Shown piece by piece: positions 51,673 to 58,934 of a stretch of DNA of 64,000 nucleotides. The first letter of the stretch is position 1. Each line of letters begins with the position of its first letter. Source of the DNA: Candidatus Marinamargulisbacteria bacterium. Lineage in GTDB: Bacteria > Margulisbacteria > Marinamargulisbacteria > UBA817. Below the pieces are notes generated by a model. The model saw only the letters and a program-made list of their open reading frames with translations. It was not told the DNA's origin and searched no databases. Location of the stretch: assembly GCA_023262965.1 (NCBI GenBank), contig JALQXX010000003.1, forward strand, positions 3,996 to 67,995, in the 5' to 3' direction. The position numbers were made by a program, and so were the translations under genes.

Positions 51673-52143
51673 GTGAGATATCTAATCATTATGGTTATGG
51701 CCTCTTTTTTGTGTGTCGCTCAGGATGCAAATGCGCCGGCTACTCGTGGCAATACGGCTACCTATGGCAATGCCGCCACCTACGGTGATGCCGCCACCTA
51801 CGGTGATGCCACCACCTACGGTGATGCCACATCATCACTTCTTTACGATCAGACCGCCCTTAATCTTGAAGCCGCAATCTATGATATGAATCGGCGTCAT
51901 AATGCCGTTGCTTATAATATCGCAAATGCCTCTACCCCAGGCTTTCGACCCATTCGCTATGATGATGAAATCGCAGAAGCTATTCGACTCTATGGTACCA
52001 CTGAAATGCTCAATGATGTGAATGTGGATGATGAGATGGTTAAGTCTACTAAAATTCGTTTGAAACATAGTGCCTATATTCGGCTACTGACCACCAAAAT
52101 AGGGATTACCAAAAAGGTGGTGACGTTAGGCAAGGGTGCCTAA
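51673..52143 (+). CDS. flgB: Flagellar basal-body rod protein FlgB with ~50-aa N-terminal extension (hydrophobic segment plus 6-aa tandem repeats)
   Basis: The core LLYDQTALNLEAAIYDMNRRHNAVAYNIANASTPGF matches FlgB. The GTG start 51673 is supported by RBS TAGGAG with a 6-nt spacer. No alternative in-frame start lies downstream of the repeats. Confidence 0.75.
   Translation: MRYLIIMVMASFLCVAQDANAPATRGNTATYGNAATYGDAATYGDATTYGDATSSLLYDQTALNLEAAIYDMNRRHNAVAYNIANASTPGFRPIRYDDEIAEAIRLYGTTEMLNDVNVDDEMVKSTKIRLKHSAYIRLLTTKIGITKKVVTLGKGA
51744..51815 (+). repeat. 4 x 18-nt in-frame tandem repeat (gccgccacctacggtgat-like) encoding (A/T)ATYG(N/D) inside flgB
   Basis: Seen directly in the sequence. The four units differ by 1-3 nt. 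Confidence 0.7.
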
Positions 52144-52267
52144 CCTAGCGGGTGGGATTTTTCGAATATCTGCGTTAAGTGTGGTCCTCCGATCCTCATT
52201 TACTAAAGTAAACTCCGGTTCTCACACCACACTGTGCCTTGATCTTCAAAAAATCCCACCCGCTAGG
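52144..52267. repeat. 124-bp nested palindrome immediately after the flgB stop
   Basis: A perfect 19-bp inverted repeat: CCTAGCGGGTGGGATTTTT (52144-52162) and AAAAATCCCACCCGCTAGG (52249-52267). An inner 7-bp inverted repeat: AGTGTGG (52178-52184) and CCACACT (52227-52233). A central TTTAC-taaa-GTAAA hairpin at ~52200-52214. Confidence 0.7.
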
Positions 52268-52285
52268 GACTTGCACTCGTATACC

Positions 52286-52500
52286 TCCTCGTTTACTAAC
52301 GTAAACTCGGAGCCCCTTCTACAGTCGCTTTCCTCGTTTACTAGCGTAAACTTGGCGTCCTTCCTACAGTCGCTTTCCTCGTTTACTAGCGTAAACTTGG
52401 CGTCCTTTCTACAGTCGCTTTCCTCGTTTACTAACGTAAACTTGGAGTCCTTTCTACAGTCGCTTTCCTCGTTTACTAGCGTAAACTTGGCGTCCTTTTT
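52286..52500. repeat. Tandem array of 4.7 x 45-bp direct repeats, each containing the GTTTAC-TARC-GTAAAC hairpin
   Basis: Units begin at 52286, 52331, 52376, 52421 and 52466 (partial). The consensus is TCCTCGTTTACTARCGTAAACTTGGMGTCCTTYCTACAGTCGCTTT, with 1-4 mismatches per unit. There are no spacers between units. Confidence 0.8.
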
Positions 52501-52766
52501 GCACCCATTTGCCGCGTTTAATCCCCCAAACGTTGCTTTATTTTTCTGCTTCGGACTGATTGCGTTTTTTTTGGTGGATTTGAGTTTTATTCAAAATGAA
52601 CCTTTTCAAACCTTGGTTTATTTTGTACAATCAAATGGTATGATGAGCGGATTTCTTCAATGGTTTCAAACTGTTGTCACATCGTGTAGCCCTGTTGCAA
52701 AAAAAATTAAAACCTATTTATTGGATTGCTTTAGCCCACCCCTATCCCACTTTGGATCCCTAGCCT

Positions 52767-53213
52767 ATGATTTTTAAAATTAGTGTTTTGCTTCTTGCTC
52801 TTTTTGTATACGCTTTCCCCCAAAAAAGTGGCGCTATCGATGCCCTTAATCTATCCGGTAATGGTATGCTCGTTCAAAAATACCGCCTTCGTATTATTGC
52901 CGAAAATATCGCCAATGTCTCCACTCATATGACCGATCGCGGTGAACCCTATCGTAAAAAATACGTTATGGTTGTCCCCGATAAACACGGCGTTCGCGCC
53001 GCTGGTATCATGGAATCCAATGCCCCCTTCGGCCAAATATTGGACCCAGGTCATGTCTTCGCCGATCAACATGGGATTCTCCGTACACCAAATTTTGAAC
53101 TTAATGACGAAATGGTTAATCTCTCTTACTCAAACCTACTCTATGAAGCCAATACCACCGCATTTAAATCGTCACGACAAATGTTTCAAAATACCCTCGA
53201 GCTCCTTAAATGA
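52767..53213 (+). CDS. flgC: Flagellar basal-body rod protein FlgC with hydrophobic N-terminal extension
   Basis: IDALNLSGNGMLVQKYRLRIIAENIANVST matches the FlgC N-terminal motif. The C-terminus LYEANTTAFKSSRQMFQNTLELLK is typical. It is preceded by (M)IFKISVLLLALFVYAFPQKSGA. The only in-frame alternative start (TTG 52788) still leaves the hydrophobic segment. Confidence 0.8.
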   Translation: MIFKISVLLLALFVYAFPQKSGAIDALNLSGNGMLVQKYRLRIIAENIANVSTHMTDRGEPYRKKYVMVVPDKHGVRAAGIMESNAPFGQILDPGHVFADQHGILRTPNFELNDEMVNLSYSNLLYEANTTAFKSSRQMFQNTLELLK

Positions 53214-53713
53214 TCCAGAACCTACCCATACACTCCCCTGTAAATGCCCTCCAAAAAATAAACCCCGCTCACGCCCTTAATCCCGAACTCGTCAATGAAT
53301 TTAATGCCGTCTTTAAAGAAGCCGCTGCCGCTATTGTCCATACATCTGAAAATAATGATAAAAAACAGGGCAAAATACCCCACGATACCATCTCCCTCCA
53401 TAATGTCGATCGCCATTACCTCGCCCAACAAGTGAATGCCGGTGTCGTTAATGCCGCCACACAGGCCGATCCCAAATCGCTGAATATTGTCCCCCTTCAA
53501 ATATTCCTCGATAATGCTATTCGATCCCTCGAACGCGTCAGCCAACAAGAAATTCGTGCCAATACGCTCATGAATGAATTTATTAAAGGCAATGTCTCCG
53601 AGGATGAAGTCGTACTCGAAACAGCCAAATTGAATCTCGCCATCTCCATGGTCACCACCATTGTCCAATCAACCGTTCAAACGTTTAAAGAAATACAACA
53701 GATCCCAGTTTAG
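53210..53713 (+). CDS. fliE: Flagellar hook-basal body protein FliE (long form)
   Basis: The C-terminal region EDEVVLETAKLNLAISMVTTIVQSTVQTFKEIQQIPV matches the FliE consensus. 167 aa is longer than typical. Confidence 0.7.
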   Translation: MIQNLPIHSPVNALQKINPAHALNPELVNEFNAVFKEAAAAIVHTSENNDKKQGKIPHDTISLHNVDRHYLAQQVNAGVVNAATQADPKSLNIVPLQIFLDNAIRSLERVSQQEIRANTLMNEFIKGNVSEDEVVLETAKLNLAISMVTTIVQSTVQTFKEIQQIPV

Positions 53714-53728
53714 GTGTAATATAAAAAA

Positions 53729-55459
53729 ATGGCAGAAGATAATCCCATAGATACCGATTTCGATGACTTAAACCTGGATGATACCATAGCCGATGATCTC
53801 ATGGACCCAATCAATGGGCTGGATGATCTGGACCCTCAGGTAAATCCCTCCCCCAACCAACCCTCCCGCCTTCAACGCACCCTTACCGCCATTCGTACCA
53901 ATCGACGCTATCACGTGATGGCTATTATTCTGATCGGTGTTGCCGTTCTTGCATACGGCGCCTATGGCCTATTTAAAAAAACGCCACCCACACCCCCCAC
54001 CACCAATCAATCCGCTCCCCCAACCTTCGATAGCGCCGCTATTGTCAGTAAAAAAGAGCCCCAAAAGAAAAAACGAAAAATTAAATATGTTGACTTGTAT
54101 CGGCAGCTCGAAAACCGTCAAATAAGCCCTATTTTGCGTGAATTAAGCTACAGAAATATCGCCTACAATATTGTTCAAAATGGAAAGCAATTCGACCTTC
54201 AAGTCGATGAAGATGACCTTGATGAAGCCAAACGAATGCTCGCTATTAAGGGCATGCCTTCCGGCACAACAAAAGGCTATGAAATTTTCGATGAAGCGTC
54301 TAACTTGGGTGTTACCGAATTCGATAAACGGATTCGTCTTATACGCGCCCTGTCCGGTGAAATGGAAAAATCCATTATGGAATTTGATGTGGTTGATTAT
54401 GCCTATGTTGAAATCGTTATACCCGAAACCAAATTGTTCGCCGTCACTCAACCCCCGGTGACCGCTTCCATTCTTATTAAGCGCCGCAACGGGGCCGATA
54501 TCAACGACGAAACCGTCTATGCCATTGTTCAGCTTGTGTCCAATTCGGTCGAAAACCTCCTTCCCGAAAATATTTCTGTTGTGGATACAGAAGGCCGCGT
54601 TCTCTCCATTGGGGTTCTCGATCGTATGCGCCAAAAACAACTCGCCAATGAAAAAAAAGGGCTCGTTACAACCAATACTGCTGGAAACGGACAAGTTATT
54701 ATTCCCGCAATTGAAGACGTTGTGGATTGGTTTCAATTGAAGTTTAATTATGAAACGGTTCTAGAAAAAAAAGCCATTAATCAATTGAATGGGGTATTGC
54801 CAGAGGGGTCCTATAAAGTAGCGGTTACGATTGATTTGAACGCTGTCTCACGTACCGGTGTTCCGGATATTAAAAAAATTGTTACCAGTGTTGTGGTTGA
54901 TGAGCAATTCGATGATGTCGAATTGACAGACGCAATGGCGGAACAAATTACCGATGCGGTTGCGGGCGCCGTTGGCTTTGTTGCTGATCGCGACACCATC
55001 CATATTTCAAAAGCCGCTTTTTTGCAGAAACGCGTGGAGGAGTCCCCAACGGGCGTGGATGCCGTTACTCAAATTAATATTCCCCAATCACATTATAGCG
55101 ATACAATCCAGCGACTATTGGAATTTTGGCCCATTTTTGCCATCGGTGCCGTTATAACAACCATGTTTATTATTGTCGGAAAAATACTAATGCAAATTGG
55201 CCGATATACCGCTCGAATGTATGCTCGTGTACGCGATAAATGGTCGAAGCCCCGCCTGACAAACGCTCCCAGTGAGGAAGGCGGGCCTGATGATGCGAAT
55301 GCCACAGATGCTGGGTCAAATCGTGTGAGCGTGGATGTTATTAATGAATTAAAGGCGAAGGCCAATTTTTCACGCGTTATTCAGTTGAAGGCGATTGCCG
55401 CCCAAGAATTGGAGATATCGGTGAGTGCATTAAAAGAAATGGTGCGAAATAATGGATAA
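53729..55459 (+). CDS. fliF: Flagellar MS-ring protein FliF
   Basis: 576 aa with an N-terminal TM segment, then SGTTKGYEIFDEASNLGVTEFDKRIRLIRALSGEMEKSI (FliF ring-building motif region) and a C-terminal TM segment. Confidence 0.85.
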   Translation: MAEDNPIDTDFDDLNLDDTIADDLMDPINGLDDLDPQVNPSPNQPSRLQRTLTAIRTNRRYHVMAIILIGVAVLAYGAYGLFKKTPPTPPTTNQSAPPTFDSAAIVSKKEPQKKKRKIKYVDLYRQLENRQISPILRELSYRNIAYNIVQNGKQFDLQVDEDDLDEAKRMLAIKGMPSGTTKGYEIFDEASNLGVTEFDKRIRLIRALSGEMEKSIMEFDVVDYAYVEIVIPETKLFAVTQPPVTASILIKRRNGADINDETVYAIVQLVSNSVENLLPENISVVDTEGRVLSIGVLDRMRQKQLANEKKGLVTTNTAGNGQVIIPAIEDVVDWFQLKFNYETVLEKKAINQLNGVLPEGSYKVAVTIDLNAVSRTGVPDIKKIVTSVVVDEQFDDVELTDAMAEQITDAVAGAVGFVADRDTIHISKAAFLQKRVEESPTGVDAVTQINIPQSHYSDTIQRLLEFWPIFAIGAVITTMFIIVGKILMQIGRYTARMYARVRDKWSKPRLTNAPSEEGGPDDANATDAGSNRVSVDVINELKAKANFSRVIQLKAIAAQELEISVSALKEMVRNNG

Positions 55460-55952
55460 TTTGATCCGAGCTAAAATTATTATTGAGCTGTTAGATGATC
55501 GAAAATATACGGTTTTGTCATCGTTTACCGATGTTGAGTTGGAACAGTTAAATGCGATTGATGTAAGCCGTTTGGCCGATCTCTCATCGGTGGATATTGA
55601 TGCGGTTGTGAATGATTTTTTGATGACGGTTAATACCAAGGTGAATCAAAAAAATGCAGAGAATGAGGCCATCACGCACGATACCGATTCGGTAGAGGAG
55701 GTGCCCGATACATTATTTTCTGAACCAGATCCCGTTTTGGGTATTTCCCCCGAGGCTATCGAAGCACTCAGGAATCAACCCATTCAACTACTGGCCTGTG
55801 TGTTGCAGCAATTGCCCAATGATAGGCGCCAGTATGTTGAGGCACAGTTGGGAGACGAAACCCATCGTGCTCTATCGACGGTGGATGTTGTTGAAACGCC
55901 GATGTCGTCACGCGTTGCTCGTATTTTAATGGATCAATTGAACTTGGTATAA
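55452..55952 (+). CDS. fliG: FliG-like protein comprising only N-terminal and partial middle domains
   Basis: RAKIIIELLDDRKYTVLSSFTDVELEQLNAIDVSRLADLSSVDIDAVVNDFL aligns with the FliG N-terminal domain (KAAVLLVALGPEKAAQVMKHLDEETVEQL...VLEEFL). PIQLLACVLQQLPNDRRQYVEAQL aligns with the middle ARM region. The stop comes after 166 aa, whereas full FliG is ~330 aa. Confidence 0.5.
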   Translation: MDNLIRAKIIIELLDDRKYTVLSSFTDVELEQLNAIDVSRLADLSSVDIDAVVNDFLMTVNTKVNQKNAENEAITHDTDSVEEVPDTLFSEPDPVLGISPEAIEALRNQPIQLLACVLQQLPNDRRQYVEAQLGDETHRALSTVDVVETPMSSRVARILMDQLNLV

Positions 55953-55993
55953 CGGGCATGGTATAAAAAGAAGGGGTAAATAAGGAGAATAAT

Positions 55994-57115
55994 ATGGCAA
56001 CTGAGCAAAAAAATAGTGTTCCATTATTGGATTTACAGGCACAATACGAGCCCATTAAAGATGTGGTATTGGCCGCAATAACCGATGTGTTTGAATCCAA
56101 ACAATTTATTCAAGGACCAAAAGTTCTGGAGTTGGAACGTATGATGGTCGACTATTGTCAGGTGAATCATGCTATTGGCGTATCATCTGGAACGGATGCC
56201 CTAGTGTTGGCGTTGATGGGATTGGGTATCGGATCGGGGGATGAGGTTATTACAACCCCCTTTACGTTTTTTGCAACGGCCGGGGCTATTCATCGCGTGG
56301 GTGCAACACCTGTATTTGTGGATATTGATCCCAATACGTACATTATCGATGTCACCAAAATTGAAGATGCGATATCGCCACATACCAAAGCGATCATGCC
56401 CGTGCATTTATTTGGTCAAATGGCCGATATGACCACCATTATGGCGATTGCTAAAGCGCATCAGCTATATGTTATTGAGGATGCCGCTCAGGCCATTGGT
56501 GCTACGCAACACTATGAGGGCGTCGCCCGTCCGGCAGGTAGTATAGGGGATGTTGGATGCTTTTCATTTTTTCCGAGTAAAAATTTGGGGTGTTGTGGAG
56601 ACGGTGGTTTGGTAACGGCTCAGGATGCGGTATTAGCGGACAAAATACGATTGCTACGCACCCATGGGGCTCAGCAAAAATATTATCATGATTATGTTGG
56701 CGGGAATTTTCGATTGGATCCGATTCAAGCCGCTGTGTTAGCTGTTAAACTGCCGTATTTGAATGATCAACACGAAGGACGTCGTCGCAACGCTCAGGTG
56801 TATAACGCCCGCATTCAAACAGCTCAATGTCCCATAGAAAAACACGGGAATTATATGATCTATAATCAGTACACCATTCGAACCGATCGTCGGGATGACC
56901 TAATCGCTCATTTAATCCAACGCGATATCGGTCACGCCATCTATTACCCACTATCCCTGCATTTGCAAAAATGCTTTGCCCATTTGGGGTATCAACCCGG
57001 TGATTTTCCGGAATCAGAACGGGCGTCCCACGCCGTATTGTCATTGCCCATTTACGCTGAATTAACCCCACATCAGCTGGATGCCGTTGTGGATGCGGTG
57101 AATAGCTTCGTGTAA
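55994..57115 (+). CDS. DegT/DnrJ/EryC1/StrS-family PLP-dependent sugar aminotransferase
   Basis: PLLDLQAQYEPIKDVVLAAITDVFESKQFIQGPKV and the fold-type I aminotransferase core; 373 aa. Confidence 0.85.
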   Translation: MATEQKNSVPLLDLQAQYEPIKDVVLAAITDVFESKQFIQGPKVLELERMMVDYCQVNHAIGVSSGTDALVLALMGLGIGSGDEVITTPFTFFATAGAIHRVGATPVFVDIDPNTYIIDVTKIEDAISPHTKAIMPVHLFGQMADMTTIMAIAKAHQLYVIEDAAQAIGATQHYEGVARPAGSIGDVGCFSFFPSKNLGCCGDGGLVTAQDAVLADKIRLLRTHGAQQKYYHDYVGGNFRLDPIQAAVLAVKLPYLNDQHEGRRRNAQVYNARIQTAQCPIEKHGNYMIYNQYTIRTDRRDDLIAHLIQRDIGHAIYYPLSLHLQKCFAHLGYQPGDFPESERASHAVLSLPIYAELTPHQLDAVVDAVNSFV

Positions 57116-57151
57116 CGTTAGCGCAACAGCCACGGCTAACGATACCGGATC

Positions 57152-57173
57152 GAGCGTTGTATGATCAACGCTC
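57152..57173. terminator. Hairpin between convergent degT-like and galE-like genes (candidate bidirectional terminator)
   Basis: GAGCGTTG-tatgat-CAACGCTC, an 8-bp perfect stem. There is no strong U-tract. Confidence 0.35.
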
Positions 57174-57205
57174 CCATATCATACGGCTATTCCCCTTTGA
57201 GGGCG

Positions 57206-58189
57206 TTACAATAACGACTTTTCAAATTCCACCGCCGATTGGATGATACGGGACAATCCATCATAGCGTGGCGTCCAGTTCAAGGTTGATCGAATGCGAT
57301 CCGCATTCGCAATGAGCTGCGGGGGGTCCCCCGGACGACGGTCAGCAGCCGTTACGGGAAACGGCCCGTATAGGTCTTCGGCCGTTTTGATAACCTCGTT
57401 TACCGAAAATCCGCGGGAATAGCCGCAGTTTAATGTCAGAGATTTTCCGCCCGATAATAGCCAATCCAATGCGCGAACATGGGCATCCGCCAAATCACAG
57501 ACATGAATATAATCGCGAATGCAGGTACCATCGGGTGTCGGGTAATCTGTCCCAAACACCGATAAGGAGGCACGTTTTTGGGTAATGACCTGGGCAATAA
57601 TTTTGATTAAGTGGGTAGCATCGGGCATTCGCTGGCCCAGTTGTAACGATGGATGCGCCCCAGCGACGTTAAAATACCGTAACGCCACGTAACGAAGCGA
57701 GCTGGCCTCCGCGGTATCCGCCAACATCCGCTCGGTCATGGCCTTGGTGTGACCATACGGATTAATGGGGCATAGGGGCGCCGATTCGGCACATATGCCC
57801 TCCGGGGGAATGCCATAAACGGCTGCGGTAGAAGAAAAAAGAAAATGCCCGATTCGGTTGTTTAGGCAAGCATCAATCACATTCAGGCTGTTCATGGTGT
57901 TGTTGTAATAATACGTGATCGGATCACGAACGCTTTCGGGCACAACAATACTGCCGGCAATGTGCAAAACAGCATCGGGTTTAAAATCGTGAAAGCAGCG
58001 ATTCAAGCGGTCCCGATCCGCCAAATCCAGCACCACACAATCGCCGTAATGAAGATTTTCACGAAATCCCGTGGATAAATTGTCCACAACCAACACGGAG
58101 GCCCCGGTGTCTTTTAATGCCATTACAATATGCGATCCAATATAACCAGCCCCACCCGTAATGAGTAATCGGTGCGTTTTTTGTATCAT
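57206..58189 (-). CDS. NAD-dependent nucleotide-sugar epimerase (GalE family)
   Basis: Rossmann motif LITGGAGYIGSH and the YxxxK catalytic region; 327 aa. Confidence 0.85.
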   Translation of the reverse strand: MIQKTHRLLITGGAGYIGSHIVMALKDTGASVLVVDNLSTGFRENLHYGDCVVLDLADRDRLNRCFHDFKPDAVLHIAGSIVVPESVRDPITYYYNNTMNSLNVIDACLNNRIGHFLFSSTAAVYGIPPEGICAESAPLCPINPYGHTKAMTERMLADTAEASSLRYVALRYFNVAGAHPSLQLGQRMPDATHLIKIIAQVITQKRASLSVFGTDYPTPDGTCIRDYIHVCDLADAHVRALDWLLSGGKSLTLNCGYSRGFSVNEVIKTAEDLYGPFPVTAADRRPGDPPQLIANADRIRSTLNWTPRYDGLSRIIQSAVEFEKSLL

Positions 58190-58277
58190 AGTGTATGTAT
58201 AATACCAAATGAGTCGGGTTTGTGTATTGTTAGGCCACTATAACTTTTGTAGAATGCCAACAATATGATGTATTGTA

Positions 58278-58934
58278 TTGCAACACGGTACCCGCTTGCC
58301 AACGCTTGGTACCATCAGACGGTATTCTCTCATGTCGGATGACTGGTATGGTCGTGGGGGAAAGCGATTGATGGATACCATAGTAGCCATTATAGCGCTT
58401 GTTTTCCTAAGCCCCCTGATGGTGATTATTACGGTTGGCATCAAATGCACGTCGAAAGGGCCGATTTTTTACAAACAACAGCGAATCGGGCAAAAATCCA
58501 CGCCTTTTACGGTCTATAAATTTCGGTCCATGCGTGTCAACAATCCAGCCAAACATCCCGATGTTACTACAGTGAGTGACCCGCGTATTACGGCTTACGG
58601 TCGATTTATTCGACGTCATCAATTGGATAAATTGCCGCAGCTATGGAATGTGATTAAAGGGGACATGAGTCTTGTCGGTCCCAAACCTGAACTGGAAAAA
58701 TACATTCAGCACCACGAACGTTTGTACCGTTCCATTTTACAAGTACGGCCCGGAATGACCGATATGGCCGCCATTCTGTTTAAAAATGAATCCCGTATGT
58801 TGGCCACATATCCGGATCCGGAATGGGCCTACACCACCGTCATGTTGCCCAAAAAAATAGCCCTATATAACGCTTATATAACCAACATTTCCTTTTTAAA
58901 GGATATGCACATTATTTTTAAGACTATAGTTTAA
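58278..58934 (+). CDS. Polyprenyl-phosphate sugar phosphotransferase (PglC/WbaP C-terminal-type bacterial sugar transferase)
   Basis: LMDTIVAIIALVFLSPLMVIITVGIKCTSKGPIFYKQQRIGQ and the catalytic region PGMTD; 218 aa. Confidence 0.8.
   Translation: MQHGTRLPTLGTIRRYSLMSDDWYGRGGKRLMDTIVAIIALVFLSPLMVIITVGIKCTSKGPIFYKQQRIGQKSTPFTVYKFRSMRVNNPAKHPDVTTVSDPRITAYGRFIRRHQLDKLPQLWNVIKGDMSLVGPKPELEKYIQHHERLYRSILQVRPGMTDMAAILFKNESRMLATYPDPEWAYTTVMLPKKIALYNAYITNISFLKDMHIIFKTIV

Noticed and set aside
52286-52500. A possible CRISPR array, based on the regular hairpin-containing direct repeats.
   Set aside because: Units are contiguous, with 45-bp period equal to the 45-bp unit and no unique spacers. No cas genes are nearby. 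It is a tandem repeat, not a CRISPR.
52136-52777. A 213-aa ORF (GTG start) reading through the palindrome and the 45-bp tandem repeats, which would give a 15-aa-repeat protein (SFTxVNLxSFLQSLS).
   Set aside because: It begins inside the flgB stop region and contains a perfect 19-bp inverted repeat. Substitutions between repeat units fall on both synonymous and nonsynonymous positions with no coding bias. No RBS is present. It is more parsimonious as a non-coding structured repeat, kept only as a low-probability alternative.
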